Shown here: positions 18,901 to 28,552 of the stretch, piece by piece
Numbering within the stretch: the stretch's first letter is position 1
Layout of the letters: each line of letters begins with the position of its first letter
From: Candidatus Norongarragalinales archaeon
GTDB taxonomy: Archaea; Micrarchaeota; Micrarchaeia; Norongarragalinales; Norongarragalinaceae
Direction: 5' to 3'
NCBI GenBank assembly: GCA_038884755.1
Contig: JAWABJ010000001.1
Coordinates: 416,001 to 480,000 of the forward strand
Length of the DNA stretch: 64,000 nucleotides
Made by a program: the position numbers and the translations under genes
The notes under the pieces: generated by a model
Database searches by the model: none
The model's input: the letters and a program-made list of their open reading frames with translations, nothing else
What the model was told of the DNA's origin: nothing

Positions 18901-19305
18901 CGGCTTGAAATCCAAAGAGCAAGAGTTTATGCAATAGCGCTTGCCTTTGCGAGTAGGCCCGTCGTCGAAAACGTGCCCCAAGTGCCCGCCGCACTTTTTG
19001 CACAACACTTCAGTACGCGTCATTCCGTGCGAAGAATCCTGCTTCAAAACCACGTTTTTCTTGTTCACGGGCTCGTCGAAGCTAGGCCAGCCGGTGAAAG
19101 AATCGAACTTCGTGTCGGAAGAAAACAATTCTGCCCCGCAGCCGGCGCAGGCGTAAACGCCTTTCTCCTTGTTGTGCAAGTATTTTCCCGTGAAAGGCGG
19201 CTCCGTTCCCTTCATTCGCAAAACGCGGTATTGTTCGGGCGAGAGTTTTTCAGACCATTCTTTTTCCGAAGCGGACATTCGACTTTCTCGCGCGAGTTTT
19301 TTCAT
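18889..19305 (-). CDS. msrB: peptide methionine sulfoxide reductase B
   Basis: [28 protein letters not shown]. Confidence 0.96.
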   Translation of the reverse strand: MKKLARESRMSASEKEWSEKLSPEQYRVLRMKGTEPPFTGKYLHNKEKGVYACAGCGAELFSSDTKFDSFTGWPSFDEPVNKKNVVLKQDSSHGMTRTEVLCKKCGGHLGHVFDDGPTRKGKRYCINSCSLDFKPSKA

Positions 19306-19817
19306 TGCTTCCGCCTCGAGCGCATCAAAAGCAGGGAAAGGAAGAGAAAGAATACTACAACAAGCAAATCCGTCTCGGGAACAGTGCTTTTTTTCTTTAG
19401 GATTATGAACGCGTGGGGCTCGAAGGCGGAAAACACTTGTGGCCTGCCTTCCACTTCCTCTTCAACCTCGGCAGTTGCATTATAAGAGCCGTCCGGAAGC
19501 TCGCTTCCGAGCAAGCCCAGCAACGCGGGAGTGACGCGCACGAAAAACACGCCTTCTTTCGAAAACTGAACTTGATTTTGGGGGACTACCGTGCCGTTTA
19601 CCGTCACGCTAATCCTGTCTTTCGCTTCTTGCTGTGCCGGCAAGCCGTTTTGCGGGTAGTTGTAGAAAATCACGACGTCCGCGCTCGTTACGCTGTCGGC
19701 TGAAATCACTCCCCCTCCATCGATTCGGATTACGCTCCACGTTGGCGAGGGCGAAGGGGCTGCGAAAACAGCGGTGGAAAAAACCAGCATGAAGAGTGCG
19801 GCGAAAAGCAAGCGCAT
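19302..19817 (-). CDS. secreted surface protein with C-terminal VPE-TM-basic sorting-like signal
   Basis: Signal peptide, PSPSPT linker, NGT/NAT sequons, VPET + TM + RSRRK. Confidence 0.65.
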   Translation of the reverse strand: MRLLFAALFMLVFSTAVFAAPSPSPTWSVIRIDGGGVISADSVTSADVVIFYNYPQNGLPAQQEAKDRISVTVNGTVVPQNQVQFSKEGVFFVRVTPALLGLLGSELPDGSYNATAEVEEEVEGRPQVFSAFEPHAFIILKKKSTVPETDLLVVVFFLFLSLLLMRSRRKQ

Positions 19818-19859
19818 GAAAATACAATCGCAAGCCGCTTAAAAAACCCTAGACTGCGT

Positions 19860-20612
19860 TCAGAATTCCCCTAAGACTTTTTGTTTCTTCTGCAACCCCC
19901 TGATTTTAGCGGAAGGGTTTTGAATCTCGTAATCCAATTTGAAGAACTCAAAACCCTCGCTTGAAAGCATTTTCAAAGCGTTTTCCGTTATTTCTGGAGC
20001 GCACAGGATTCCGCGCACTCGCTTTCCCCTGCGCTTTTGCAGTTGTTCCACGTACCGCTTCAATTGCGTTACGGCATCCAACCCCGCGCTCCTTCTTTTA
20101 AGTTCGATTGCGACAAGGTTTTTCGCCGCGTCTTCGGCGAGAATGTCTATGCTTCCTCGCTTGACGTCGCTCTCGCCCTTGAGCGGCACAAGCCCTTTTT
20201 CTATCAACTGCAAGTCTTGCATGAGGATTTGCGCGAGTTCCTTCTCGCTCCCGAACAATTGCAGCTTCGTGTCATCGCGCATTGTGAAAGAATCGCAAAA
20301 GTCTATTCGCTTGAAACGCACTTCGATAACTTCATGCAACGGCTTGGTGCGTTCTGCTCTCACTACGAGCGCACCGCCTTCCTCTCCCACGCTCACTCTC
20401 GCGCCAGGGCCTTGGTAGTTTATCGCTTTCATTCCCGTGCTTTGGTGCACCAAAAACGTTCCGTCGTGCTTTATCACGAGAAGCCTGTCGCCTTCGCTTA
20501 GCTTGGAAGCTGCGCGGCCTTTATAGCGTATCGAGCAATTTCCTAGGCAAACGACCAGTTTTTTCTTGGACAAGGCGTCTTCAACGGCTTTTTTCGCTTG
20601 CTTGAATTCCAC
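19860..20612 (-). CDS. nucS: mismatch endonuclease NucS/EndoMS
   Basis: Y.GRA.S.L..GDR...IK.DG..LVH, IDIL, IELKR, QL.RY. Confidence 0.93.
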   Translation of the reverse strand: MEFKQAKKAVEDALSKKKLVVCLGNCSIRYKGRAASKLSEGDRLLVIKHDGTFLVHQSTGMKAINYQGPGARVSVGEEGGALVVRAERTKPLHEVIEVRFKRIDFCDSFTMRDDTKLQLFGSEKELAQILMQDLQLIEKGLVPLKGESDVKRGSIDILAEDAAKNLVAIELKRRSAGLDAVTQLKRYVEQLQKRRGKRVRGILCAPEITENALKMLSSEGFEFFKLDYEIQNPSAKIRGLQKKQKVLGEF

Positions 20613-20632
20613 GCAACCACCACGCCTTCCCG

Positions 20633-21397
20633 CTAGATCAACTCTTCGCTCCCGTCGTTGAACCGCAGCAAGACTTCCTTGAAAGTTTTTTTCGCCGCGT
20701 AAGCGAGTTCATACATTTTTTCTTTTGAAGGTGCTTCAAGCATTTCAAAGTTTTTGTCTACGAAAGTTCCTTTTGCCCTTGGCTGGAACTGCTGCAAAGC
20801 GTAAAGGTCGGCGAATTTGCAGTGCTCGCAAATTTGTCGTATCGCCTCGGGCGTGTCGTTCAAGCCCGGGATTACGGTGGTGCGAAGTTCTTTGAAAACG
20901 TTTTTGCCGTCTTTGCTGGCTTCGAGGAATGCGAGCGAGGAAAGAATTTTGCTCACGAGGATTTTCGGGTCTCCGTTGAAAGAAGTGGCTTTCGCGTAGA
21001 GTTCTTCGGAAACCGGCACTTTCACGTCCATCTGTACGTAGTCCACGAACGGCAGCAAGTCACGCAGCGAATCCGGGTAGTAGCCTGAAGTTTCTATGCG
21101 CAAGGCGAAACCCATGTGCTTGAGTATTTTGGCGAGCTCAAGCAAGGCGTTGCCTTGAAGCAGAGGCTCTCCGCCCATGAAAACCACGCCTTCGGTATTC
21201 GCTTGGAGTTTGGAAAAATGCTCGACGAAGAAAGAACTGGGCTTGGAGTCGAAGGAATTCGAATCTGGATTGACTAAAAACGGCACGTTGCACCAATAGC
21301 ACTGCAGCGGGCAGCCTGCCAGGTAAACCACGCTCGCCGTTTTTCCGGGCCAAGCGGTTTCGGAAAAGTCGATTATAGAAGAGAATTTCAGGTTCAT
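20633..21397 (-). CDS. radical SAM activase, anaerobic RNR-activating-protein-like
   Basis: GCPLQCYWCN (CxxxCxxC), GGEPLLQ, MDVK, ELRTT. Confidence 0.8.
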   Translation of the reverse strand: MNLKFSSIIDFSETAWPGKTASVVYLAGCPLQCYWCNVPFLVNPDSNSFDSKPSSFFVEHFSKLQANTEGVVFMGGEPLLQGNALLELAKILKHMGFALRIETSGYYPDSLRDLLPFVDYVQMDVKVPVSEELYAKATSFNGDPKILVSKILSSLAFLEASKDGKNVFKELRTTVIPGLNDTPEAIRQICEHCKFADLYALQQFQPRAKGTFVDKNFEMLEAPSKEKMYELAYAAKKTFKEVLLRFNDGSEELI

Positions 21398-21460
21398 GGC
21401 GTCCCGCCTTACTAACTGCGTCTTGCAATAAATTCCTTTTTGCAGTGGGAAAAAAAGGCG

Positions 21461-22468
21461 TCAAAGCTGGAGGAAGAACGCGAGGAGCGCAAGCAGGCCG
21501 AAGAGCGAGTACAAGAGCAAAACCGTTTTCACCAACGCGGGTTCGGTCATGGGCTTGAAATGCAAAATCCGGTAGAAGAACGTGTATTTCTCCGCGCCTT
21601 TGGGCGGTTCGAGAATGCCGTCAGCGTGGATTACGGGATTGTGGCACGCTTTTCTTCGTTCGACGCCCTTCGCCCAGTAGTAAACCGTGGCGCCAAGCTC
21701 GTAGAAAGCGGGAATGAAGAGGATTACGCCGTACTTTTCCATGTTTCCTATTATCACCGCGGAAGCTATTGCCGCGCCCAAAACCAGTGTTCCCACGTCT
21801 CCGGGGAATATTTTCGCGGGAAACCAGTTGTACTTCAAAAACGCCAGGCACGCGGCGAGCGTAGAGGAGAGGATTACCGCAGCGGGAAAAGAGCCGACTT
21901 GCAGGGAAATGAAAAGCAAAAACGCCGATACCACGGCAATGCTTCCGGCCTCGACTCCGTTGTACCCCGCGGCCATGTTCACGGCGTTGGCAGCGCCGGT
22001 CACGCCCAGGGGAATGAGGATGAAAGTGTAAATCAAGCCGAAGTCCACGTAGCCCAGAAAAGGCAGGCTCATGGTCGTGTCTCCGGCGGTAATGGCGACA
22101 AGCGGAAAAGCCCCGACGACTGGAATCAACGCTTTGGTCTTCCACGACAGCTTGAAAACGTCGTCGAAAATGCCAGTCAAAGCCAGGAGGGTGATGGAAG
22201 CCAGGGAGGCGAGAAGCAAATTGGTTTCAAGAATTTCGTTCTGCATGAAAACCAAATACAGGATTGCAAGCATTATTCCCGATGCGATTCCTGCGAATAT
22301 CGTGAAACCTCCGAGGTACGGGACTCTGGGCTTGTTTTTCTTGTTGTCGTCCGTGCCGAATATTTTCTTCCTGCGGGCGCTGGAAATTAGTATGGGCGTG
22401 GAAAAGAAGGTGATTGCGAAGGAAATTGCGGCGAACGCCGTCAGCAGACCCAAGTCCAGCGAAGCCAT
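21461..22468 (-). CDS. polyprenyl-phosphate HexNAc-1-P transferase (GPT/AglH-like)
   Basis: P..GG, GIFDD, NAVNM.AGYNGVE, NWFPAKIFPGDVG; adjacent to aglB. Confidence 0.88.
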   Translation of the reverse strand: MASLDLGLLTAFAAISFAITFFSTPILISSARRKKIFGTDDNKKNKPRVPYLGGFTIFAGIASGIMLAILYLVFMQNEILETNLLLASLASITLLALTGIFDDVFKLSWKTKALIPVVGAFPLVAITAGDTTMSLPFLGYVDFGLIYTFILIPLGVTGAANAVNMAAGYNGVEAGSIAVVSAFLLFISLQVGSFPAAVILSSTLAACLAFLKYNWFPAKIFPGDVGTLVLGAAIASAVIIGNMEKYGVILFIPAFYELGATVYYWAKGVERRKACHNPVIHADGILEPPKGAEKYTFFYRILHFKPMTEPALVKTVLLLYSLFGLLALLAFFLQL

Positions 22469-22482
22469 TTTTCAAACCGCCT

Positions 22483-25407
22483 TCAAGACGAGTTGCCTTC
22501 TTTCCCTGGGGAAGGCGAAGCCGACGGGAAAACGCTGGGCGACGGGGAAACTTCAGGAGAAGGAGAGGGCGTAGGGGTAGGCTCTACCACGCCCGGCCCC
22601 AGGTACTCAAAAATTTTCACGGCGCCGTTGGGAGAGCGGAATGCAAGCTTGAAGCCCGGGAGTTTTTCGAAGAAAAACAGGCGCGTGAACGCCGAACGGA
22701 AAACGGTGTTGTTGATGTTTCCGAAGCTCAAGTCCGGGTTCAAGTTCAAGAAAGTGCCTTGGGAAATCGGGAGTAGGTAGCTGACGCTTTCATCAAGCTG
22801 TTCCACGGTATTGGGAGCGTTGGTGATGATGAATTTTCGCTTGTAGGAAGGGAGCAGCCCGTCTTGAGTCAAGACGTAGAGGAATTCGTTGTCGGCGCAG
22901 TACACCGCTCCGAAACTGCTTTTCAGCATGGGCAGGGGCACTGCGGAAGCAAAGTTGGGGCAAGTTTCGCTTTGGACCGTCAAATACTCGTAGTGGTGTT
23001 CGGCTTCGTACTGGCTTTGGCCCGAGCCAGACTGCCAGTTTATTTCGGGCGTTTCAGGGCAGGTGGGAGATTGTTCTTTGGAGCAAGTTCCGCTCAAAAA
23101 CACTAGCGCGCCCCACTTTCCTATCAAGTCTGAATCGACGAGAACGTGCGTGCCGCGGTGGAACCGCATTGTGTAATCCATGTCCTCGGGGTTTCCGTTG
23201 ACGAAAGCGCGCGCTACTTCCTGGTCGTACCACGGGTAGAGGTTGTTCGGGTCCAAAACAGAATTCGAGTCTCCGAAGAAAGTAATCCAATGCCCGTAGT
23301 CCCACCAGCTCAGCACTCGGCAGTCCCAACCGTGCTTCTCGCGGCAGGCTTGTTGGATTGCCGGGTCGAGCCTGTTGGTGTTGTGGTAGAGCCAACCCAT
23401 TGCGCTGACGGGAGTGCCTGAAAACGCTGGACTGAGTTCGGAAAACAAAACCCAGTCTGCGGGAATGCGCGTGAACTTCAGTTCGTCCATCGACTCGGGA
23501 ACCATCTGAGCTTCCGTGAAAACCACGCCTATTCCGACTAGCAAAACCAGAGCCAAAGCGTACTTGGAAATTTTTTCGAAGTTCGCAAGGTTGAATATTT
23601 TCCCGAGCATTTCGAAAGCGCGGAGAGACTCGCCCAGCACGAATCCGAACGACAGCGCGACTGCAAGCCCCAAGTGCAGCAGGAATTTCACTTTGTTCAG
23701 CCCGATGTATGCGACAGGAAAGAATATGAGCATGAACAAGAGTGAAGTGCGGCTCTTGTGGGCGGAGTAGAGGTAGTATATCGCCGTTGCAATGATGCCC
23801 GCGAGGAGGTATATGAAAACGTCGTTGCTCGCGAAAAAGTCTATGAAATCAACCAACGGCTTGAAACCGAGGGTTTTCGCCACGAATTTCAAAACAAAGT
23901 CCACTTGGTTGTTCAAAAACAACAGGAGCCCCGCGACAACGGCGAACACTATGGCGTAGTTCCTGTGTCCTTTGGAGAAGAGCGAGAGTATTGCGACTAC
24001 CGAGGCAAGCAAAGCGGTCAAAAGCAGCAATAGAGGAGGGTTCAAAACGCCGAACGAAGGCTGGAAGAAGGCGGGGGACGTCGAGCCTTCCTCTTGAATG
24101 GTTTTTCCCAACGCTCCGCGCGCGAAAGCCGAGCCCAACTGTCCTTGCACCACGTTCGCAATCGTAACCCAGAACGAAGACGCGATTACCACGACTGCAA
24201 GCACGAAAACTATTCCCGCGAAATACTGCAGCCTTTGCATCGAGGAGTTGGAGGGCAGGAACTTGCCCGCAGCCCACAATGCGATGGAAAACAACAGCGA
24301 CGCGAGAAGGAGGATTTGGTTGGTGTTCAGAAAGCTGAACCGCTCTCCTCCGGTGTAAATCGAAAACAGCAGGCTCGCTATCAAGGCACCTGCGACGAGA
24401 ATCGCGTTGGTTTTCACGAAGTGGTCGTCGAGCGTTCCAGAAACGTAGTCCAAAACCGACTGGAAGGCGATGTATACCGTGATTACCATGAACGGCCAGA
24501 TGTACTGCTGGCTTGACAAGACGACTGCCGCCATGGCAAAACCCGCAAGCAAGGAAAGCCTGTTGCTTTTCTTGCCGACTGCAAGAATGTAAAGCGCGAA
24601 GACAAGCAAAACCGTGAAAAGCCCGAAAGGCTGCTGTTCGCTCACGCCTGCCCCGAATTTCTTTATCAACTGCGGAAGGAAGGCGAAAACTCCGGCTATC
24701 ACCAGCCCCACGTGCTGGTTGTACTCTTCACGCAAAAGCAGGAACGCCAGGAACGCAAGCAAGGCGCCAGCGAGTGGCGGAACCATTTGTGAGAAGAAAA
24801 TGAGCATTTCCTTTGAGTAAGCCAAGCCGGCTATCGAAGCGTAAGTGGAATACCACGACGCTTGCAAGTAATGCATCAGCGGGGGAACGCGGATGAACAG
24901 CTCGTTGGGGTAGTATACTTCTGGTGAAAACGCGGGCATTGAGCCGTCGAGGACTATTTTTTCGGTTATTTTATCGTAAAAATAAGGGTCGAATTCGAAG
25001 AACGTGGGCGAGGTTGCTGTTGCAAAGCGGATGAAGAAAGACGCGGAAAGCAAAAGCAGGAGTATTATTCCCACGTAGTTTTTGGAGACAAGCTCTTTCA
25101 GCCCTTTGCCCAAATCAGGCTTGAAATCGCCGAGCCCGAGCTTTTGATTCTGCACGTGCAAGACTGCGACTGAAAGCAACAGCACCAAAAGCGCGTTGGC
25201 GAGCACAAGCATGAACGAAAAACCCAAACCCAGGAATAGAAATTCGAGAAAAAACAGCGTAGGAGGCACGAGGACGGCGAGCACCAATCCCATGAAAAGC
25301 TTGTCCCACTTGTCCAAGAAAGTGTTCTTGAACGCAGCGTAGGAAAGCAAGATTGAAGGAATGAAGTTGATTGCAACCAACGCGATAGCCGCTAGAACGT
25401 CTGCCAA
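22483..25407 (-). CDS. aglB: oligosaccharyltransferase AglB/STT3
   Basis: FEFDPYF, TIQEE, SWWDYGHW, DLIGK motifs; many TM helices. Confidence 0.93.
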   Translation of the reverse strand: MADVLAAIALVAINFIPSILLSYAAFKNTFLDKWDKLFMGLVLAVLVPPTLFFLEFLFLGLGFSFMLVLANALLVLLLSVAVLHVQNQKLGLGDFKPDLGKGLKELVSKNYVGIILLLLLSASFFIRFATATSPTFFEFDPYFYDKITEKIVLDGSMPAFSPEVYYPNELFIRVPPLMHYLQASWYSTYASIAGLAYSKEMLIFFSQMVPPLAGALLAFLAFLLLREEYNQHVGLVIAGVFAFLPQLIKKFGAGVSEQQPFGLFTVLLVFALYILAVGKKSNRLSLLAGFAMAAVVLSSQQYIWPFMVITVYIAFQSVLDYVSGTLDDHFVKTNAILVAGALIASLLFSIYTGGERFSFLNTNQILLLASLLFSIALWAAGKFLPSNSSMQRLQYFAGIVFVLAVVVIASSFWVTIANVVQGQLGSAFARGALGKTIQEEGSTSPAFFQPSFGVLNPPLLLLLTALLASVVAILSLFSKGHRNYAIVFAVVAGLLLFLNNQVDFVLKFVAKTLGFKPLVDFIDFFASNDVFIYLLAGIIATAIYYLYSAHKSRTSLLFMLIFFPVAYIGLNKVKFLLHLGLAVALSFGFVLGESLRAFEMLGKIFNLANFEKISKYALALVLLVGIGVVFTEAQMVPESMDELKFTRIPADWVLFSELSPAFSGTPVSAMGWLYHNTNRLDPAIQQACREKHGWDCRVLSWWDYGHWITFFGDSNSVLDPNNLYPWYDQEVARAFVNGNPEDMDYTMRFHRGTHVLVDSDLIGKWGALVFLSGTCSKEQSPTCPETPEINWQSGSGQSQYEAEHHYEYLTVQSETCPNFASAVPLPMLKSSFGAVYCADNEFLYVLTQDGLLPSYKRKFIITNAPNTVEQLDESVSYLLPISQGTFLNLNPDLSFGNINNTVFRSAFTRLFFFEKLPGFKLAFRSPNGAVKIFEYLGPGVVEPTPTPSPSPEVSPSPSVFPSASPSPGKEGNSS

Positions 25408-25496
25408 AAACCCACCACCTTAGTTAAATTCGTTAAAAAAATTCCTAGCCAGATTACGAATACGATTTAGGTAATGCGGAGTTTAATAATTGTTTC

Positions 25497-27365
25497 TTAC
25501 GCGCCCAGCTGCGCGAACGAAGCCGGCTTCGCCGCTTCGGCTGGATCGATGAAAATCCTGTGCCAGCACTCTAGGGAAAACAGCGTCCAAAACCGTTTTC
25601 CCCAAAGCGTTTCCGTTTTTTTGGAATTCTCCAAAACTTTTTTCACGAAGCTTTTTTCCAGCAACCCGCGCTTTTCCACGCTGGCGTCGTCGAGCATCTG
25701 CCCGGCGATTTCGCCCAGCCCGGACGCCAGCCACTTGCGCGTTGGAACGTTGAAACCCTGCTTTTTCCTTTTCACCACTTCCTCGGGCAAAACGCTCGAA
25801 ATTAGCTTGCGCATGATGACCTTGGTTTTGAACCCGTCGACTTTCAACCCCGCAGGCAGGGTTTGCGTGAGTGAAACGAAATCGCGGTCCAAAAACGGCA
25901 CTCGCGGCTCCAGCCCGAAAGCCATGGACGTCTTGTTGACTTTCATCAGGTAATCGTCCGGCAAGAGAGTCTGCAAATCGAAATCCATCAATTGCGCAAG
26001 AAAATCGCCTTTGCCGAAAAACCCTTGCGTTTTGGAAAGGGTCTTGTTTTTCGAATGCAGTATTTGCGAGGAAAACAGTTTTTTCTCGCTTTCGGACAAG
26101 GCGGAAGAGTATGACAACGCCAGCCTGGCTTTGTCGCCAGAGTGTTCGAGCATTTCCTTCACCCTTTCGGAATCCCCGAAACTACCCATTGCGAAAGCAA
26201 AGTGCTTCAAGCGTCTGGCCACTAAATTCCAATTATGCAGCAAGTTCAAGCGCGCGTACCGCTCGTAGCCCCCGAAAACTTCGTCCCCGCCGTCGCCCGT
26301 GAGAATGACGGTGACGTGTTTTTTCGCTTTTTGCGCCATCAAAAACGTGGGCAGCGCGGCCACATCCGCAGCCGGTTCGTCCATGTGCCAAGCGACTTGC
26401 GGGAAAACCCCGTAATTCGAGGAATCCACACTCAACTCTGTATGCTCTGTGCCCAACGCTTCCGCCACCACGCGCGAGTACTTTTCGTCTTCGAAACCGG
26501 CGCCGAAATTGACTGAAAAAGTTTTCACTTTCTCGCTCAGCGAACTCATTACCGCGGCGGTAAAGCTCGAGTCCAAACCCCCGCTCAAATAAACTCCGAG
26601 CGGCACGTCGCTAAGCAAGCGCCGTTCGACGCTCTTCGCAAAGCTTCGGTTGAGCTCGAGAATCCACTCGCGCTCGGTTTTCTGCGCTGGCGAGGCGGGG
26701 GGGAGGGAAAAGAAGGTTTTCTTGCGCAAAACGCCTTTCTGGAAAACCACGGTTTCCCCAGGCTGGACTTTGAATATGCCTTCGAAAAGCGTTTGAGGGC
26801 CTAGCGTGTATTGGAAGGAAAGGAAGTCGTTGAGAGCTTCCAAATTCACTTTGCGTTTTACTCCAGCCGCAAGAATTCCCTTGATTTCCGAAGCGAAGTA
26901 AAACAACCCGTTTTCGCGGTCGAAATGGTAGTAAAGCGGGCACACTCCCGGAAAATCTCGGGACAACATCAGGCTTTTTTTCTTTGAATCCCACAAGGCG
27001 AAAGCGAAATCCCCGCGCAAGCGAGAAACGAAGTCTTCGCCCCACTGTTCGTAAGAATGCAAAAGCACTTCAGTGTCGCTATCGCTTTTGAACCGGTGTT
27101 TTCCGTACGCTTGCAAAAACCTGCGGAGTTCCTTAAAGTTGTAAATCTCGCCGTTGAACACCACCCAAATCGTGCCGTCTTCGTTGCACATCGGCTGCTT
27201 CCCCCGCGCGCTCAAGTCTATTACCGCAAGACGGTTGTGAGCAAGGGATATTCCCTTGTCGGTGAAAACTCCGTTCGCGTCCGGCCCGCGATGGCGAATA
27301 GCGTAAGCCATTTTCAAGACGAGCGCCTTGTCCCACGCGCCTGCAATGCCGCAAATTCCGCACAT
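25497..27365 (-). CDS. asparagine synthase-like glutamine amidotransferase (glycan amidation)
   Basis: MCGI, HRGPD, FNGEIYN, LSGGLDSS, GDGGDE, R.PFLD. Confidence 0.9.
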   Translation of the reverse strand: MCGICGIAGAWDKALVLKMAYAIRHRGPDANGVFTDKGISLAHNRLAVIDLSARGKQPMCNEDGTIWVVFNGEIYNFKELRRFLQAYGKHRFKSDSDTEVLLHSYEQWGEDFVSRLRGDFAFALWDSKKKSLMLSRDFPGVCPLYYHFDRENGLFYFASEIKGILAAGVKRKVNLEALNDFLSFQYTLGPQTLFEGIFKVQPGETVVFQKGVLRKKTFFSLPPASPAQKTEREWILELNRSFAKSVERRLLSDVPLGVYLSGGLDSSFTAAVMSSLSEKVKTFSVNFGAGFEDEKYSRVVAEALGTEHTELSVDSSNYGVFPQVAWHMDEPAADVAALPTFLMAQKAKKHVTVILTGDGGDEVFGGYERYARLNLLHNWNLVARRLKHFAFAMGSFGDSERVKEMLEHSGDKARLALSYSSALSESEKKLFSSQILHSKNKTLSKTQGFFGKGDFLAQLMDFDLQTLLPDDYLMKVNKTSMAFGLEPRVPFLDRDFVSLTQTLPAGLKVDGFKTKVIMRKLISSVLPEEVVKRKKQGFNVPTRKWLASGLGEIAGQMLDDASVEKRGLLEKSFVKKVLENSKKTETLWGKRFWTLFSLECWHRIFIDPAEAAKPASFAQLGA

Positions 27366-27366
27366 G

Positions 27367-28485
27367 CTAACGCCTTTCCAAGCTTTCGGCAAGCGAAATT
27401 ATTTCCTTCGCCGCTTTTTTCCACGTGAATTTCGTCGAAACCATTCTAAACGCGTTGTCCGCCAGTCTTTTCGACAAGCGCGGGTTCGCAAGCAAGTGGT
27501 TTAACGCCAACGCCAGCGCCTTCGCATCCCCCGGCTTTACTACAAGCGCGGTTTTTCCGTTCTCAACCGGCAGCCCTATGTCCGTAACCACGCACGGCTT
27601 TTTCGAGGCGAAAGCCTCGAGCATGGCAATCGGCAGTCCTTCGCTTAACGACGGAAGGACGAAAATGTCGCATTCGGCCAAAAGTTTTTCCGGATTCTTC
27701 ACTTGACCCAGAAACTTCACGTTGTTCAAGTTTTTTTCCGCAACCGTTTTTTGCAACAGCGGCTTTTCCGGCCCTTCGCCGGCAATGAGTATTTCGGCAG
27801 GCACGCCCGAGGCTGCTTCGACCAAAAACTTCGCGCCTTTCACTGGCAACAACCTTCCCAAAAACAGCACTTTCTTTTGCCCCGACTTTCTCGCCGTCTT
27901 TCGCGTTACTATCTTGAATCCTTCCAGGTTTACGCCCGTGTTTATTACGCGATAGCGTTTGGGAAGGAAACCCATTTTTTTTTCGAACGACTTCACTTCC
28001 TCGTCGCTCAAGAACACTACGGCGTCCGCGTGCGAGTAAGCGGTTTTTTCCATCGCGTTCAACAGGGTTTTAACGAAAAAATTGTATTGAGGCTGCACCC
28101 AAGCCACGCCTGCAGGCCTCGCTATTACTGGCGTGCGCTTGAAAAAGCGCAGCGCGAGCCCGGCGAGCGTGGCCATCACGCCGTTCGCAAAAACCACGTC
28201 GAAATCCAAGCGCATGCTTTCGCGCAGGGAATTGAAGTTGAACGAAGGGTTGCGCAGCAAAAACCCGTTCAACCATCCAACCCTTCGCACTGAGACACCA
28301 TTTTTTTCCTCAAAGCTTTTTTGTCCCGGGAATTTTCTCGTCACGACTAATGGTTTTTCCCCCTTTGCGGCCAAGGCGGCCGCCAAATCCTGCGTGTACC
28401 GCTCCATTCCGCCCGAAGGCAAGAGGTCAAAGCCCCGGCTGGCGCCCACGGGGTATTCCTTCGAGCCGAGAATCAAAAACCGCAT
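27367..28485 (-). CDS. glycosyltransferase family 4
   Basis: GGME, GRL..VKG, PSLSEGLPIAMLEA. Confidence 0.9.
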   Translation of the reverse strand: MRFLILGSKEYPVGASRGFDLLPSGGMERYTQDLAAALAAKGEKPLVVTRKFPGQKSFEEKNGVSVRRVGWLNGFLLRNPSFNFNSLRESMRLDFDVVFANGVMATLAGLALRFFKRTPVIARPAGVAWVQPQYNFFVKTLLNAMEKTAYSHADAVVFLSDEEVKSFEKKMGFLPKRYRVINTGVNLEGFKIVTRKTARKSGQKKVLFLGRLLPVKGAKFLVEAASGVPAEILIAGEGPEKPLLQKTVAEKNLNNVKFLGQVKNPEKLLAECDIFVLPSLSEGLPIAMLEAFASKKPCVVTDIGLPVENGKTALVVKPGDAKALALALNHLLANPRLSKRLADNAFRMVSTKFTWKKAAKEIISLAESLERR

Positions 28486-28500
28486 GCCAACCACTAGAAT

Positions 28501-28541
28501 TATGTAAAGCTTTACATACATTATGTTAATAAAGCTTTACA
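28501..28541. promoter_or_regulatory. palindromic operator-like sites
   Basis: Perfect 18-bp palindrome TATGTAAAGCTTTACATA (28501-28518) plus TAAAGCTTTACA (28530-28541) upstream of GT4-asnB. Confidence 0.6.
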
Positions 28542-28552
28542 ATTTGTAAAGT

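Noticed and set aside
13628..21397. Ribonucleotide reductase operon (ATP cone + activase)
   Set aside because: The genes are ~7 kb apart and no reductase subunit is in the window
25497..27365. Housekeeping asparagine synthetase
   Set aside because: Position between a GT4 gene and aglB suggests glycan amidation; a housekeeping role is not strictly excluded
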